Below are positions 25,263 to 37,800 of a stretch of DNA of 64,000 bases, piece after piece. The notes below the pieces were generated by a model. That model saw nothing but the letters and a program-made list of their open reading frames with translations. It made no database searches and had not been told where the DNA came from. This DNA comes from Camelus ferus (Eukaryota). Every line of letters begins with the position of its first letter. Position 1 is the first letter of the stretch. The stretch covers positions 79,610,001 to 79,674,000 of the forward strand of contig NC_045697.1 in the NCBI RefSeq assembly GCF_009834535.1, read 5' to 3'. Made by a program: the position numbers and the translations under genes.

Positions 25263-26337
25263 TCTTACATTGACTAGTATTTGGCCAAACTTTGCTAAAT
25301 ACAGTACACATTTTACTATTTCATGATACTTTATTTTAAACCATTTGAGTGTGTCAAGAAAAGCCTTCAGAGTTTTCAAACAATTTTTCTCAGAAATGAT
25401 AGTTGCAATATAAGGCCTATTAACTAAAATCTATATTTTAACAAAAATTAAGTAGTCTTTTCCTTGTTACTTTTTTCAAGTTAGTTTTTTTCTTAGCTGT
25501 AGATTTTATTTGCTATTTATACATATTATACTGACAGTAATTTTATTCTCTCTTTGATAACAGCTTACAAGTTAAAAAAAATCAGTTGGTGGCAATGGTT
25601 AATAAAAATTACTCTCATCATATTCTAAAGCTAAAATGGCCCCAAGATATTCATTTAATCACTAGAGGTGATGAAAAATGATTTCCAGAAAGTTAGAGTG
25701 GTTCACATATTTTGGATAATTAATAAAACTTTTTTCAAACAAAAATACAGAAGGAAGTTTTTTTTGCATTCTGAAAATAAACAAATGTTTGTGTTTTAAA
25801 ATATAACTAAAATAAATACTCAGTATAAAAACATATTTTGGGGGAAAATTTTTAGCAGGATAAACAGTTCTAAATTACTTTAATGTTGATATTTTCTTTT
25901 GACTTTACAGAAAGGGAATCCTGTTTTCTAACCTCTTACCCATCCACCCCCCAAAAAAGAAACAAACTAACAATGCTCAAAGAGATAAATCCAGCCTTTG
26001 TTCCACCAGATTCTTTCAACCTGGCACTGGCACTACCACTGGCTTGGTCTGATTATAGTTAATCCACTGCCTACAACATGACAAATGTTTTTGGTCCAAG
26101 TTGAATGGCAAAGTCTTTTCAAACAGGAAAAGCAGTGGTCAGCTGTCGTTGTTGTGGTACCAACATGTATCATGTCAGGAGAGCCCAACAAAGAAGAGGA
26201 TGATTCAGAATGCTGACCCCAGTACCCTGAACCTTATTGACTCTGGTTAAAACCCACATTATGTTTGGTCTCTTTGATGAAAATTTACCAACTAACTTAC
26301 ATCAAGTGGTGTTACAAAACTGTGAACTGCAACTTCT

Positions 26338-26431
26338 AATGACATGTTTCTCTTCTCCTTAAAAATCTCAGTTTGTGAAGATTTGTAAATGACATGTTTC
26401 TCTTCTTAAAAATCTCAATTTTGAAGGTTTT
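26338..26431. repeat. Direct tandem duplication of about 50 bp (2 copies)
   Basis: aatgacatgtttctcttct(c)cttaaaaatctca.ttt.tgaag.ttt starts at both 26338 and 26388. Confidence 0.92.
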
Positions 26432-27944
26432 CATAGAATAAAAATATTTTCTAATATTTTAAGCTTGTCAAATAGAAATGATTTCAATTACAGTTCTTGA
26501 ATTCTATAAGTGCTATTTCTCTTGAAGTACTCATTCAAAAAGATAAACTTTAAATTCACTAGAACACTAGGTCTGCTCTCTTTATGGGAGGCATTGGCCT
26601 CTTTTCCCTTTGGGGAGACTGGTGTATGATGTAGCTTTTGTAATACAGCACTACATACAGACTGTTAGACACGTTTAGAGATGTGTGCTGTATGTGGCCT
26701 CCATTGATCCTTCTAGGGACAGTAGAGCCCACAGTTCTGCAGAGCTACCCTGAGTAGAACAGAATAAACACTCATGTCAACTGTATTTTAGATATCCCTC
26801 TTCAGATTTGGAGTATCATATTTTTAAAGCACTTTCTTTTTTCCCCATTTTTTTGGGATGGGTTCCTAATGTTTTTCTTTTTTTATTTTTCCTTTTAAAA
26901 AATGGCCAATTTTTTTATACTTTACAAAGTTTATCTGAGAAGTTAAAGTACACCATGATACTTTCTTTATTAGTAAAGCATGTTATGATACAATAGGTTT
27001 ATGTTTTAATTTATCCTTGAAAAGAACTGTATTTATGGTCTTTATTTCACATCCCAGCTGTTAGGGAATTACTAAATCCATAGGGAGTTGCATGAGTTAT
27101 GTTATTGGCATGAATTATTTAAGTTTAAAGAAACATAATCACCCCACAATATGATAGCCAGTGCTGGATAAATCCACATTCTTCAAGGAGTCAGTGTTCC
27201 AGAGGTCTGTGGGACTGGGATGTTTTCTTAGTTGAGTGCAGTTTTAAATTTATTTCTTCTTTTATAGGTGAAAACACATAATTCCTTAGCACTGTGTGTC
27301 ATGACTATCAAGCTAAGCCATGTTACGAAGAGACTACTTAAAAGATGAAATAAACAATTAAATAGGCTTAGAAAATGTTAAACTAATGATAATTCATGGT
27401 TTATAATACATTTAGACCCCCTCCATTCTTTTCTACCTCTTTTTCTTCCTTTACAAACAGTATTTCTTGCCAAATAGTTCAGTTCTTTCAAGTGGGAGAA
27501 AGGGAAAGAGTTTCATTTTACCTTGCTGCTCAGGGATTTCCTGTTCCCTCAAGATGTCTTGAAATTTGGCTCCTGAGTCTTTGAAGTCCCAGAGTCTAGA
27601 ATAAAAATGAGTATCCACAACCATGGTGTGGTTTTGCTACTTCAACCTACATGGTAAGACCACCCTCAATGAGCTGATACTTGGGCTGTCCGAATATTGT
27701 GTGGCCTTCATGGAATGCATTATGGAATGGATTTACTTACATAATAATTCCCAGTGCTATCACCCTGAAGACCACAAATTATAGCAAGACTTAATGGTAT
27801 AAAGTTCTGTTGGCTCTGAATGTTAGGTGCCTATCCAAAGGCTGTTTAATCCCTCAAGAACTCATCTTCACTTTGCAGCAGAAAAATCATGTAGAATATA
27901 AGAGAAACTGTTCCAAAGAGTGACTTAACATCTATTTTTCAGAG

Positions 27945-28147
27945 ACATTGTCATGTTCCAGGTACTTATCCTATGTAATCTTTTTCCTGTGTAATCTTAT
28001 GTGCTTTTCATCACAGCCCTAGGAGTTGGTTTTTTTAAACATTATTTTATAGAGGATATTAATTCAGACTCAGATTATGCATCTTGGCTGATGCCACATA
28101 ATTAACTAGTTGTAAAACCTGGTCTTGAATCAAGGTCTATTGACTTG
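27945..28147 (-). mobile_element. MIR SINE (diverged)
   Basis: catcacagccctaggag...attttatagagga...cctggtcttgaatcaaggtctattgact. Confidence 0.6.
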
Positions 28148-28250
28148 TAGTTTTTTGTTTTCCCTTTTTCTCTGTACTCCCTTTCTATCCCAGTTACTAT
28201 GCTATATAGAATTCCTGTGCTCTTTTCTCTTCCAGCCATTGATTGGAAAT

Positions 28251-28380
28251 TGGGTGACAGTATAATTTATTCTTCAAAGAAGGTCACTTTTGAGAGTGAA
28301 AGGGGGTACTACTAAATATTCTAAGAAAATAGGCTCCTCTTAGAATTATCCCAGGCAAATTAGAATGTATGCATGCCCTA
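28251..28380 (+). mobile_element. MER94-like hAT-Blackjack MITE
   Basis: gggtgacagtataatttattcttcaaa...cacttttgagagtgaaagggggtacta...tcccaggcaaa...gtatgcatgcccta. Confidence 0.8.
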
Positions 28381-28409
28381 ATTATAAAAACAAACAAAAC
28401 ACCCTAGAG

Positions 28410-28652
28410 CAAGTATAGCTTATTATGAGTAGCAGCTCTCAAGACAGAACTTAGTTCAAACATGATTCTGCTATTTGTTAGCCAAATAATTTTTGTCAAA
28501 ATATCTCACCACTATGCTTCAATTTCCTCATCTAGAAAATGGGAATAATATTGTTAGTACCTATTTTATAAGGTCATTGCCTATTTTAAATGAGGTAATA
28601 CATGTATAGCATTAAAACACAGTAAATACTTGGTGAATATTATCTACTGTTA
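28410..28652 (+). mobile_element. MIR SINE
   Basis: cttcaatttcctcatctagaaaatgggaataata...gtacctat...ttaaatgaggtaatacatgtatagca. Confidence 0.8.
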
Positions 28653-30269
28653 TACACAGAGAAATTTGAGTGCCATCCAAACACTTGTCTGACAATAAAT
28701 ATAGCTTCATTGGTTCTTAGAATTAAAGCATTAGTTTTTTGGAAGTATTACATGATAAGTTCTCAATAAATATTTATTAAATGAACGAATGAATATACTG
28801 TTCCAGAGGAATAAAATGCATTAGCATGCATTTGTGCTACAAAGGTAATCTGTATTTTAGAGACATAAAAGCCTAGCAATGGGTAGTAAGTTCTGACGAT
28901 GGCAGTGGGAGGATGGGAGTTTGGGTGGGGAAAATGTGGTATGGAGCTTCTGGGAGGGCAGACTCAACTGGGATGCGGGCATTCTAGACAAGATCTCCGG
29001 GTTAGTGAACCTTCTGGATTTTGGGTGGAAGGAAGGGGTAGAAATGGAAGAAGCCCTCAGACAAATGTTATTTGCACAAAGATTTTATTGGCATGATATG
29101 CTTAGAAAAGAGAAATAGCTCTGGCATAACAGGAAAATTTAGCCCTTAAAATCAGATTATCTTTATTAATCTTGAGCAAGTCCCTTGGGCAAGCAGCCTC
29201 AGCTGCTCCACTGGAAAGCTAGGGGTAATAGTATTTATTTTATAAGGCTGTTGGAAGGATGAGAATGAAGTATGTGTGTGCTTGTGTGTATATAATGTTT
29301 GCTCACAGTAGAAATTCAACAAATAATAGCTTTATAATTCCTCAGGATCACAACAACTACCTGATGTAGAATTTTGAAGAATTTTGCAGTCAAGTACTTG
29401 AAAGCTCTTTGTGACTGTAAAGTGCTTGACAAAGATATGGCTTTGCTATGAATGCTGACATTGTCCCAGTTAGAAGTCCCGGCCCTTGGGTGTGCTGTTC
29501 TTAGGAAACAGTAGTGTTCCATATTCACATGAGCTGAGCAGAAAGGATTCAGAGTTGAGGTTGTGACTGATGTGTTTGCTAAGAGGGTAATGAGGTTAAA
29601 CTTGAAAGCATTATTACTTTTTTTTATTCCCTTTAAAAAAATATCCCTTTGATTCCTGGAGTCATAAGATATGGGGCTTGAATCATTTTGAGCTTAGTAA
29701 CAATTTTTGAAAAACCAGTTTGACTTCACATATTTGGCCACTTAATGTGCCATGTCAGTGGCATTTTAAGGTGAGAAAAGGATAATCTTCATGCATTTAC
29801 ATGCTCTTCAAGTATCTTATTTATATATGTATATTTTAAACAAATTATTCATTAAACAGATAATATATTCAAAAAATAGTCATTTCAACTGCATTTTGGA
29901 TAAATCTTTAAGGGTTTTTCAGTAAATTGTTTTTATGGTTTTTTAAGAGTCCATTCTGATAGTCTGACTCAATATTGTGAATATACCTAGAATTATGAAC
30001 TTCAATTTTCTCAGATATAAAATGGAAATTATACTACATTGTTGATTGGGTTAACATGATAAGCATTATAAGATGGTTAGAAAAGTGCTTTATACCTATA
30101 AGCATGAAATATTATTATTATAATAATATTAATATTAAATGTTAAAATGAATAATAATTACGTCAAATCTTAATTTGCTATAAATAACCTTAGGAAATGA
30201 TAAAATGTATTAAATTTACCATTTTGATACTATTTATCAAATTCTACATTTTACATGTATTCTCTGTTC

Positions 30270-30430
30270 TATAATAGTCTTGCAAGATTCTTCTTTTTTC
30301 TTAGAGATGGACAAAGTCTCTACAGAGGTTGAGTTATATATTTAACATCACACAAACAGGAAATGGTAAAATCAGGATACAAACATAAGCCTGTGTGACC
30401 CCAAAGCTTGTGCAGTTTCCACCATGTTAT
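30270..30430 (-). mobile_element. MIR SINE (diverged)
   Basis: cagaggttgagt...aacatcacaca...tcaggatacaaacataagcctgtgtgaccccaaagc. Confidence 0.6.
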
Positions 30431-33400
30431 GTTGATTCCTCGTCTCTAAATCCCGTGAAGTCCCAATTGAAGATGTCCTCATTGACTACTTGTAAGCATG
30501 TTTTTTAAAACCTAATTCTTTCATTTCTTGAGCACCTTCCGTGTGCCAGGTGTGTACCAGACCCCAGCACTGTAGAAGTGAATACGACACTGGCTCTGTC
30601 TTTGAGAAATTCTGTGGGGAAGGTGGACTCCATGCATTTGTATAAGATGGCATCTTCTAGGCTTTTCTTTTTAAGGAGACTGATATTATTGACTGAGATA
30701 AAAGTTTGGGGGCTACTTGTTTTCTCTGGGTGTGCTATGGAATGTTCCACTAGTGCCTGCGAGGTAAATGTAGAAAAGACGCTACAATACAAATACTCAA
30801 AGCACCATGTCATTCCTCGTTGGAAGCATGATGTTCTCTTGGATTTAGTTGCTGCCCCAGTCTTTCCATGACCCCCTGCCTGTTCCAGCATGACTTCACA
30901 GGAGTGAAAACAAGAGGGGAATTTGTTATACTCATGATTTTGCTGTGGTATCTCTGAGTCACATCAATGAAACATGCTTTAGAACAGCAGGGCTCATGGA
31001 TATGGTGAGGCTGCATGGGCTGGATGCCAAGTCTGAGATATAATATTTCTTTTTTTCCTCAATCTTCATGACCAACAAGTGATAAAATTTCTAGCAATTC
31101 TCTAAATGCCAGGCAGGGTTAATGTACAAATTATATCTCTCGTGACATCAGGATGCTGGTGCATTAGACACATTTCATGCAGTAGCTTTGTAAGGCCACT
31201 TCTGAGGGAGACGCTTAGAAATGAAGCATCAACATCCTGGTAAGTGACCTAAGTGTAATTTAGTTATCCTGAGTACTCTTAAACACATTTTCCTAATGGA
31301 AATTTTTATTGTGATATGCATTAAACCACTTAGTACCGTTGTGATTGTATTCCATTTGTCTGAGTGAAAATACAGATGGCACTAAAAACAGGCCTAAAGC
31401 ATAATTAGCCTAATGCCACAGTGGATGACATCAATATAGTACTTAGGGAGAACTTGATACACTCACCATAAAGCCAGTGAATCTTCCCTTTCACAGACCT
31501 GAGTGGGTATGCCTATTTTCAATTTAAAAGAAAAAAAATCATTCAAAACAGGGTTTGCAAAAGGAATTTTTATTCATTAGTAAAGATCCAGGATCACTTT
31601 CTGCACCAATTTGATGACCTTTTCGGTGAAGAATGCCATCAACTTCTCCCCAGAGTGGCAGAAAGTCATCATTGTCTATTCTTTGGGGGAATTAAATAGA
31701 TTTTTTAAATGCTCCACTGAGGTCACAGGTTTACTTTTATGCTCATATAGTTCCAGAGCTTGGAGATGCTGGCACTTGTCTGTTTTTCAGACAAGTGATA
31801 CAATCACCATAAGAACCCAAAGGAACACTTGTAAGTCATAAGCAACTGCGTTTCATAGTTCAGTTACTTTGAAATTCTGCCTAACGCCCTTCCATGTGTC
31901 CCCAAACTAAAGAGTCATGCAAGACTGATGTTTAAAAAAATGCCAACAACAACAACAAACCAGGCGACATGTCCAGTCAAGTCTAACTTCTTAAGTATTC
32001 ATGAATTCCAAAAGCAAAATGTGAACAAAAGCAGTTTAAAAATAGTTTTCTTGGTTGGCAGTAATTTCAGAAACAAGCTAGAGAACTATTCGACTCTGGG
32101 GGTGTGTGTCAAAGTGAAAGCATTCAAACCGTCTGTGTTTCAAAGTTGGCGCACCATGGCCTCTGCGCTGCCCCTAATTGTGTTGTATTTGTGAGTCAAA
32201 CCCTCATTTTGTCTCAGCAAGCCACACAATGGAAGTGCTTGTTCTCAGTCTCTTGTCACCCCACTGCTTCAGTTCCAGGCCACTATGCCCAAACTCTAAT
32301 GGAGAGAAAGGAACCCACTTTAGGGTGCTCTGAAGGGTCAGCAGGATTGCAGGACTTGGAGTAAAGCACTGACTTAATTTTTGTCTCTTGGTGATTTTGA
32401 GAGCTTAAGCTGTTTGTATGTTGTTTCCCAGCCACAGGGGGAGGAACTACTTTCAGAAGTTACTTCTTTTGCCATGTGTGATATAGATTATGGATTGAAA
32501 AAGTTCTGTTTAGAACAGAGCCATTTATTTACCAGGGTCATATTTTCAAGTGCAACAAACATGAATTTCTCCTGCATTCCGTTTGTTGCCAAACCCTTTG
32601 CTTTGTCTAAGAAAGTAACAATTCTGAGAGATAAATCTGTGCATTGTTAAGAAAGTTCAGATCTTTTTCACCAGAACAAAATAAAGAGAGGGAGAAAAAA
32701 ATTGAGGGACATAGCATAAAACTTCTCAGTTTATTGAGACTGCTCTATCCTTGCAGAAAGAATAAACGAACATCTGGGTGCTGGTAACCCTTTTCTCAAG
32801 GTAAAGAAAGACAGCCCTCGAGTTCTCATTTAGGGCATATCAGATGCTGAGAAAGGGGTTAAAGAGCTTTTGGCCAAGGTTTTTATCACTTCTCTGGGGC
32901 TGGTTTGGATGAACACTATAAATGCTGGACTCACAGTGGTGGCTTTGTCCATTGTCACTTATGTTGTCACCAACCTGAGACCTTATTAGGGGCTTCTCTC
33001 TGTTTTCAACCTTGAAATCATGGCCATGGCCACTTCCCTGCTGTAAGGACAGCTTCTTCCTATGGGTCATCACTGACTCTGTAGTCAATCTCTCCTTGAG
33101 AGAACAAACCACTTCACTCCAAGTAGGAGGATGCTCAGCACGTTAAGGGTACACAGACATGCCAGTTAAAGGGCAGCCTCTTGTATTACAGGCGAAGATC
33201 GTTCCTCAGTCACGATTTCCCTTTTTCAATTTCCTTTCTCCAGTGCACTCTCCCGCTGGTTCTCTTCCAGCTAGTGATCTGACAAGTCTTCTTTTTCTTA
33301 CAGCCAAGGCTAGAGTCCCCTCTCCCTGAGCTTTTCTGTTAACTGGTCACTGAGAAAGTGGCCAGTTCTTTAGAGGTCTGGCAATGGGAATTCAGGTGTT

Positions 33401-33670
33401 CACTTAAGCAAAACAAAAACCATATCTGCCTCCAAAAAGCTGTATGGCCATGGCTTCTGGTTCCCCATGACAGAACTTTCTCCCCTCTCCTGGGTTTTCC
33501 CATGAGTCTCAAGTTCATTGACATCGTCTACCAATCCTCTCTTTCTTTGCCCAGAGCCTCCATTTGTGACTGTGTGCTTGCTACTGTTTGCATTTGCACC
33601 CCCCTTTTTTTGCTAGCACATCAAAGCATATTTCTTTTAATAAAAAATTGACAGTATGTACATTATTTAC

Positions 33671-33734
33671 AAAAGAAAGAGAGAAAGGAAGAAAGGAAGA
33701 AAGGAAGAAAGGAAGAAAGGAAGAAAGGAAGAAA

Positions 33735-33824
<90 letters not shown>

Positions 33825-33844
33825 AAAAGAAAGAGAAAGAAAAA
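33671..33844. repeat. Compound homopurine microsatellite (GAAAGGAA)7 followed by (GAAA)n
   Basis: About 170-nt run of only A and G read directly; explains the K/E/R-rich and F/L/S-rich ORFs at 33588-34053. Confidence 0.98.
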
Positions 33845-34481
33845 TCCAAGTTAAAATTGTGTGTGTGAGTGAGAGAGGGAGTAAAGCCGGTGGGTGGCCC
33901 TAGGGTAGACACGTAAAGACACAGGCACAAAACAGTTCCACGGGAGCTGAAAAGCATGACTGATTTGAACTCGTTGAGACTGAGAACCAGAGGAGGGAGT
34001 AAAGGGTAGGCAGCACGGAGTTGTCGGGAATCAAATCCAGGAGATGAGTTCAAATGGAAAATCTCTCAAGCAAAAATTATTTGCATACATGACGATAAAG
34101 AAAAGAGGCTGATTTTCCTCTAACCTCTTAGAATCAGCCTCTTTGTTTTTCATGTTTCAAAAAGGGTTGAGAGGATTACTTATCAGAAATTAGTTGGCCG
34201 TTAAAATTCTCTCATCTGTGAAAAGGAAGAGATTCGAGCAAATGACCTCTTAGGGTCTTTCTAGCCCTCAAAATTGCCGTGCTCTGACTATGTTCTGTCT
34301 CCTTGTGGGAGAGGACAGATGGAGGCTCGGCTTCCATACGGCGCATCTTTTTGATCGATGGGTTGGACATCTGTTTGGGATCTCTGATCCCACTGCACCG
34401 CAATTCCCACACTCACCCTTTCAGCTGGTAGCAGCAGAAAGCCTCTCCAGGAGGCATCAGGCCTCTTGTCTCTGGAAGAGC

Positions 34482-34653
34482 TTTTTTTTTTTTTTAATTG
34501 AAAAATACAGTTGATTTACAATATTGTGTCAGTTTCTGGTGTCCAGCGTAGTAATTCATATGCATTTTTTTCATTATAAGCTTTTACAAGATATTGAATA
34601 TATATTCCCTGTGTTGTACAGTAAGACCTTGTTGTTTATCTATTTTATATATT
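34482..34653 (-). mobile_element. Short cetartiodactyl-type L1 3' tail
   Basis: Poly-T, then aattgaaaaatacagttgatttacaatattgtgtcagtttctggtgt; degenerate TSD ggaagagctttt / gggagagcctttt. Confidence 0.85.
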
Positions 34654-34889
34654 GGGAGAGCCTTTTATTCCTATTATTTCCAAGAATAATATAAGAGCTG
34701 GTTTCCTCCCGATTTCATTTCTGAGACTGGGGTATCTATTTTGGGGTAATGGAGAAAAAATATATATTCTTCTCAAGTACCTCAAAAGAACAGAGATTTA
34801 GTATCCAGTCATAGTATTAATTTATAAACTATAAATTTAAAAGGTAAGGCTATCTTTTGACTTATTTCATCAGGGAGAAGCAAACCTTT

Positions 34890-35465
34890 TAAAAAATTAA
34901 CAGACTTTATTTTTTAGAGTAGTTTTGCATCTACAAAAAAATTGAGCAGATAGTACAGAGAATTCCCATATTACTCACCCTCCTTGTATTTCACATATTA
35001 TTAACATCTTACAATAGTGTGGTGTATTTGTTATAAGTAATAAGAAATTATTATTAATTATATTTATTAGTTATATTATTATTGGCTAAAATCCATAGAG
35101 ATCACCTTAGTTTAACCTAATGCTCCTTTTCTATTTTAAGATCCCATCCAGGAGACCACATTACATATTGTCCTGTCTCCTAAGTCTCCTCACTGCAGTT
35201 TCTTCAGGCTTTCCTTGTTTTTGGTGACCTTAATAGTCTTGAGGAGTTCTGGTTAGGTGTGTTGTAGGATACCCTTCCATGGAAATTTGTCTGATGGTTT
35301 TCTCATGATTAGATTGGGTTCTGTGTATTTGAGAGGAAGATCACAGAATAAAGTGCTGTTCTCATTACATCATATTAAGGGTATTACTCTCAATATGACT
35401 TGTCACTGTTGATGTGAACCTTGGTTGCCTGGCTTGAATTAGTGTTTGTCAGATTTCTCCACTGA
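34890..35465 (-). mobile_element. L1MC/L1MD-like 3' UTR
   Basis: aaaattgagcagatagtacagagaattcccatat...gatcccatccaggagaccacattaca...ttgtctgatggttttctcatgattaga. Confidence 0.85.
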
Positions 35466-36546
35466 AACCAACTAGTTTGAAACCAGTGTTGACTATTTCT
35501 TCAAATAAACATTCTAGATTCTAGATTTGGAAATTAATTTGGAAAATAACCCGAGGAAAGGGCCTTTGGCATAATACAAAACAAATGACATAATCTGTTT
35601 TCCTTCTTCCATCTAAAGAGCACAGACCTAGATAGCCAAGCTTCTGACTTACTCAGACCACTCTCTCCATGGGAGGTAAGTTGTGTGTGTGTGTAGTTGA
35701 CACACCAGAAGATAAAAAGGGAGGAAACAAGAGATGATCTTTTCCTCTGGGAAGGGTTAACCCCTTGAAGGATTCACTGTCCTATTGATGGTGACTGTTG
35801 ACTCAAATATTTCATTCTGGTCTGAGAGACATTTAAAGAAATGACCATGCAGGGGTACTTGCAGCATTTTGAAAGACCTTGCTGAGGGAAGGAGGGACAA
35901 AGCATGTCCTCATCCTTGTCTGCATCTTTCTAGCCTGACTCTACCCAGGTTGATGGGGTTGGGAAGCCTTTCCTGTGGCTCATTATTTTTATTTAAAATT
36001 GAGTGAAAGAAGTATTATGAAGACTAATTCCAGGTGTGTAGTTAGTTAAATGTCCTGTTACATATTTTAATATTTGTGAAAGTTAAGAAAGAAATTTCCT
36101 TGACAGAATACAGATGTGACCTTAGTAATTAGATTTACTTTGTAGCATTTGAATTCTAAATATCACATATTTGACTTTAGTAAAAGGAGTTTCCTTTAAA
36201 TAAAACCCATTGCATAGATTAATGTGTATTTACATACTTTTTTGTGACATCCAAAATGATTTTTATAATGTTTATTTATGTATTTCTCCATACTTTTTTT
36301 TCTCATTTTGTTAGTAAGTACATTATTACTGCTCTGCATATGTATATACAATTTCCTTTTTCCTCCTCTGGCCCACATGTACAAACACCCTTTTCTTAGC
36401 CATTAGCATAGATGGCAGGGTCAAAAATGTGATTTTCTTTACAGAATTGGGTACAAAGTAGGCACCTAATAGAGACAACTATTTTATTATTATTAAGAAA
36501 AATTATAAGTACTATGAAGAATTCTATTACTTCCTTAAAATTTCTT

Positions 36547-36728
36547 TACATTTTATTTATTTATTTATTATTTACTTACTTACTTATTTATTAAATTGAA
36601 GTATAGTCAATTTACAATGTTGTGTTAGTTTCTGATATACAGCATAGTAATTCAGTTATACATACATATATACTAGTGAAATCATACAGAGAAGGACAAA
36701 TATCACATGATATCACTTATATGTGGAA
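36547..36728 (-). mobile_element. Twin-primed (5'-inverted) short L1 insertion
   Basis: Minus-strand L1 tail (36547 to about 36670) fused to a plus-oriented ORF2-end segment (agaaggacaaatatcacatgatatcacttatatgtggaa); perfect 15-bp TSD tccttaaaatttctt at 36532 and 36729. Confidence 0.88.
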
Positions 36729-37114
36729 TCCTTAAAATTTCTTGTGTCCATCCTTTCTTTAGTGCTGCTGCCTCAGTTCCCATCCTCATTTTCTGCTTTT
36801 CTTCTGTCTAGTAAGTACCTTGCAGCTAGAGTGAATTTTCTAAATGTTAAATTTAATTACGTTCTTTGTGTCCCCACTGTAACTTGTCCATATCTGATTG
36901 CTGTCACTAGTTTTCTGCCGTGCCTCCTCTGCAAGATTGGGAGATTTCTGAGGGCAGAGACAGTGTCTCATTCACTTGGAATAACCCCCAATACATTGTA
37001 AACTCAATAACCGTGGCCTGAAGGAATGAATGCGTATAACTGTATTTGGAGGGCACCTGGTAGACATCCTCATGCATAGACTAAAATATTGGCATTTTTT
37101 TTTCCAGCCCATAT

Positions 37115-37520
37115 TTTATAAGCCTTTAAAAAATCTTTTATGGACATTTTCAAACATGGACCAAAGTAAGGAGAATACTATAATGAATCCCCATATATTC
37201 AATAGCTTCAAAATCATCATTTTGCTAATTTTGTTCCATCTGTCTCCCATCTTACATTTTTTGGTTTGATTTTGCTGGACTAGTTGAAAGAGAACACCAG
37301 ACATCATGTCATTTTACTTGTAAATATTTCACTATGCCTCTACCTAGAAAGCCCTTTTTAAAATCATGTCATTATCGCACCTCTTTAATATAACTTAATA
37401 ACAAATATCTAATATTCATATTTTCATGATGGTCTCAAATCTGCCTTTTTTATGGTTGATTTGTTCAAATCAGAACCCAAGTAGGGCATGTACATTCCAT
37501 TTGGTTATAATGAGGCCTTA
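37115..37520 (-). mobile_element. L1ME-like 3' fragment
   Basis: attttcaaacatggaccaaagtaaggagaatactataatgaatcccc...ccagacatcatgtcattttac...ttgttcaaatcagaaccc. Confidence 0.7.
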
Positions 37521-37671
37521 TTTAATCTTCACATATAGGGGAGTGTGATTTATGTCAAAGATGGGTAAATGATGGTCTGTATAAAAACCTCTTCACTTTT
37601 TCTCTATTCTACCTAAACATTTAATAACATTAAGCCTAGAATTAGCCATTTACATGATTGAGCATTTTGGC

Positions 37672-37800
37672 TCATGCGTTCATTCATTCAATACGTGTTT
37701 ACAGAGTTGCCTACTCAGTGTTAAGCGCTGTTCTAGGCACAGAGGTTTAACAGTTAAAACAGCAACTGCAGTCCCTACCTCATGGAGCCCATATTCTAGG
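37672..37800 (-). mobile_element. L2 3' terminus
   Basis: ttcattcattcaatacgtgtttacagagttgcctact...ctgttctaggcac...ccctacctcatggagcccatattctag. Confidence 0.8.

Noticed and set aside
26338..26431. Direct repeats considered as CRISPR-like
   Set aside because: Only two abutting copies with no spacers, in mammalian DNA.
27245..27275. Second AG|GT junction (ttcttcttttatag|gtgaaa)
   Set aside because: The reconstituted donor GTGAAA is weak and no nearby downstream donor defines an exon.
30505..30891. 128-aa minus-strand ORF and an overlapping 97-aa plus-strand ORF
   Set aside because: No recognisable domain, non-ATG starts, and partial overlap with an L2 end; consistent with chance.
32757..32800. 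Possible 44-nt cryptic exon (ttgcag|...aag|gtaaag); similar pairs at 1966-2053 and 35619-35675
   Set aside because: Splice-site pairs of this strength are expected by chance in 64 kb, and there is no coding signal or recognisable transcript.
33588..34053. Three ORFs rich in K/E/R or F/L/S
   Set aside because: They are translations of the GAAA microsatellite.
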